Source: a virus
Taxonomy: Duplodnaviria > Caudoviricetes
Virus record (IMG/VR): IMGVR_UViG_3300020420_000671
Length of the DNA stretch: 64,000 nucleotides
Reading direction: 5' to 3' (one strand)
Under the pieces are notes generated by a model. The model saw nothing but the letters and a program-made list of their open reading frames with translations, had not been told where the DNA came from and made no database searches. Position numbers and translations under genes: made by a program. This document shows positions 61,894 through 64,000 of the stretch, piece after piece (the stretch's first letter is position 1; each line of letters begins with the position of its first letter).

Positions 61894-64000
61894 TTATTGT
61901 AAACCAAGTCCATATCCTGGTTTATACTGTTCATTTATCATATCGTTCATCAGGTTGTCCTGTGCTGAACCAAATAAAGCACCGTATGGATCGCCCAACA
62001 TCTGTTGATCTCTGTACACTTGTTCATCAGAATACCACATCAAAGCGTCTTCATTCTGTTTTTGTATGTATTTTTTGTAGTTTTCTGTATCGGCTAAAGA
62101 CTGTATTAGGGCTATTTTAGTTGTTTCATTAATAGCACTATAAGTATCAGCCATAGCACTTAAAATTCTGTTGGCTATTTTTTGTTTAGCCTTTGCTATT
62201 TCGGTCTTAATTCTTTCCTTAGTCTGCTTCGATTTTGTGCCGGACTTAGATTTTTTATTTCCTCCTTTTTCTTTAGCATCTGTTTTTTCTCCTCCAGACT
62301 CTTCTCTCCCGACATCATCTCCATCTTCCGCATTGGTCTCATCTGTTCTGCTATCTCCGGCTTCGGATTCGGCTTCTGATTCACTGGTATTTTCTCCAGA
62401 ATCAGAGTCTCCATCGGACTCTGTCCTAGATTCTGTTTCAGTGTTATTTTCTTCCACTGACTGTTCAGCATTACTATCGGACTCTTGTACACTTTCTTGG
62501 TTAGACTCAGAAGTGGACGAATCTGTACTGCTTTCGGTTTCGGAAACTTCCGCTTCCACACTGGCATTTTCTGTTGCTCCCTCTTCTACAGTATTTACTT
62601 CAATATCAACTGTGGCTTCTGTTGTTGGCTCTACGTTAACTTCCATTTCAACGTTTGTAGAACCTGCGTCAGCAACCTCTATGTTAGTGTCTGGCATATC
62701 TATTTCTATTTCTATTTCACCAACAGCATCTGCTACCGCTGTATCAATTTGTGAACCAATGTCTGCTTCTATTTCTGCTACAGTAATTTCTGGAAGTTCT
62801 GTTGGACCTACATCTAAGTCAAAGTTTAGATCTATTTCAGCAATAGTTTCTACTTGTACAACTCCTGTGTCTAAGTTTGTTGAAGCCATTTCAACTGTAG
62901 TAACATTTGATGTTTCGTCTACTTCTACTGTAAACTCCATTTCAATACCGCCGCCTGTTTCTTCGTTTACTATTTCTATCTCGAATGAATCAACTTCTGT
63001 GTAATCTATAGGCTCAACTACTATTGTGTCTTGTATAGGATCACCTATGAACACACTTGTTAATGTATCTTCGCTGGTATTATAAACTGTTGTTTGGTTG
63101 CTTAATATAATTTGTGTTATTGTTTCTGTAATAGTTGTTATAGCATCATAAGTAAGTGTCATAAAAGGATTACTAAACACAGGACCATAATAACCTGAGT
63201 GGTATCCTGCATCAACTCCCCACAGTTCCATCTGTCCCCATACTTCTGTTATAGAATTGGTGCTTAATGTTTGTGCCAAGATATCCTGCGTGAATGAATG
63301 TGTTTGTGTGCCGTTGTAAGTAAGTGTTACGGTATTTGAATATTCAGCAAAGTTGGTTATATTATTACTTGGACCGCCATAAAGTCTTGTAGTGATTCTA
63401 AATACATCTTTACAGTCACCATTGGTGTTGGCACATAAAGGCACAGAAGTATTTGATTTGTGTGATTGTACATCAACACCATAGTTTAGTGTCATGCCTG
63501 ATTGTATCTCCGCTATGGTCAAGTCGTGTGTCATTTCAAATCGTTCTGAAGTTATTTGTCCGCCACCCAATGCCGTGAAGTTATAATTATTACCATCTTG
63601 GATAAGACTGTTATTGTTATTGTGTTGGTAACCTGTACAGGCTTGACCTGCACCAACAGTTGCATTTGATCCGCCTGTTCTACATTGTGTTTGACCTTCT
63701 AACTTTATTCTACCTTCAGTTGACCAATCACTTGAATTAATAGTTGGCACAAAGTTTGAAGTTGTTGTGGCTGTTATCTGTGATGTTTGTTGTGTAGTAG
63801 TTGTAGATGTGGCAATCTCTTCAACCACTGTTTCAGTCCAGTTAGTTGTAACTGTCGTATCTTCGAAGCCACCATTGAGTGTTACCTCTGTATTTGTAAC
63901 AACAGATGTGACTGTGCTGGAGGTTACAGTACCTCCGTTAGGTCCAGTATCGCCAACGTTATATTGTTGTGTGTATGCTTCTAATGGATTAGAGTAAGAA
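61894..64000 (-). CDS. large acidic T/E/S-rich protein, probably exported; 5'-truncated by window edge
   Basis: Frame stays open from 63828 to the edge (...SYSNPLEAYTQQYNVGDTGPNGG...). Confidence 0.75.
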   Translation of the reverse strand, partial: SYSNPLEAYTQQYNVGDTGPNGGTVTSSTVTSVVTNTEVTLNGGFEDTTVTTNWTETVVEEIATSTTTTQQTSQITATTTSNFVPTINSSDWSTEGRIKLEGQTQCRTGGSNATVGAGQACTGYQHNNNNSLIQDGNNYNFTALGGGQITSERFEMTHDLTIAEIQSGMTLNYGVDVQSHKSNTSVPLCANTNGDCKDVFRITTRLYGGPSNNITNFAEYSNTVTLTYNGTQTHSFTQDILAQTLSTNSITEVWGQMELWGVDAGYHSGYYGPVFSNPFMTLTYDAITTITETITQIILSNQTTVYNTSEDTLTSVFIGDPIQDTIVVEPIDYTEVDSFEIEIVNEETGGGIEMEFTVEVDETSNVTTVEMASTNLDTGVVQVETIAEIDLNFDLDVGPTELPEITVAEIEADIGSQIDTAVADAVGEIEIEIDMPDTNIEVADAGSTNVEMEVNVEPTTEATVDIEVNTVEEGATENASVEAEVSETESSTDSSTSESNQESVQESDSNAEQSVEENNTETESRTESDGDSDSGENTSESEAESEAGDSRTDETNAEDGDDVGREESGGEKTDAKEKGGNKKSKSGTKSKQTKERIKTEIAKAKQKIANRILSAMADTYSAINETTKIALIQSLADTENYKKYIQKQNEDALMWYSDEQVYRDQQMLGDPYGALFGSAQDNLMNDMINEQYKPGYGLGLQ

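Noticed and set aside
62171-63004. 277-aa plus-strand Ser-rich ORF
   Set aside because: Antisense shadow of the acidic low-complexity part of the real minus-strand gene.
1-64000. Stop-codon reassignment (alternative genetic code)
   Set aside because: Conserved enzymes are intact in the standard code, TAG and TGA end genes at expected positions, and no suppressor tRNA is seen.

Overview
A 64-kb segment of a large lytic dsDNA phage related to T4-type/jumbo myoviruses. It has T4-like TATAAATA late promoters, class Ia RNR, and no rRNA, CRISPR or integrase. The host is probably a marine alphaproteobacterium (inference from Shemin-pathway ALA synthase, alpha-type permuted tmRNA with an ANDN...ALAA tag, pseudoazurin and HemO/PcyX). 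Positions 1-16.3 kb are an early region of small, mostly minus-strand ORFs, many preceded by a near-consensus sigma70 promoter and a GAGGGC RBS. It also holds 3 tRNAs, a DNA methyltransferase, an MBD4-like glycosylase, an HD hydrolase and a ~0.8-kb non-coding segment. Positions 16.5-64 kb are mostly plus-strand. They carry metabolic and translation genes (hemA, hemC, hemE, pyrD-like, prs, guaC, nrdAB, CCA enzyme, AsnRS-like protein, bS21, Hsp20, ClpS, Csp, NifU, HemO-like, PcyX), putative virion genes and an envelope/lysis module. The strongest unexplained signal is strand-specific dinucleotide exclusion in a subset of early cassettes. The template strand has no GA or GG, so the mRNA has no UC or CC, over 1.6 kb without exception. 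The exclusion switches strand at a divergent promoter and yields proline-free proteins. Other highlights are an AsnRS-like catalytic domain next to a non-canonical long-variable-arm tRNA(GUU), a two-piece tmRNA with an ORF in its intervening segment, a likely -1 frameshift at A-AAA-AAG, and a heme oxygenase homolog lacking its proximal His. All calls were made by eye from motifs; no database searches were run.
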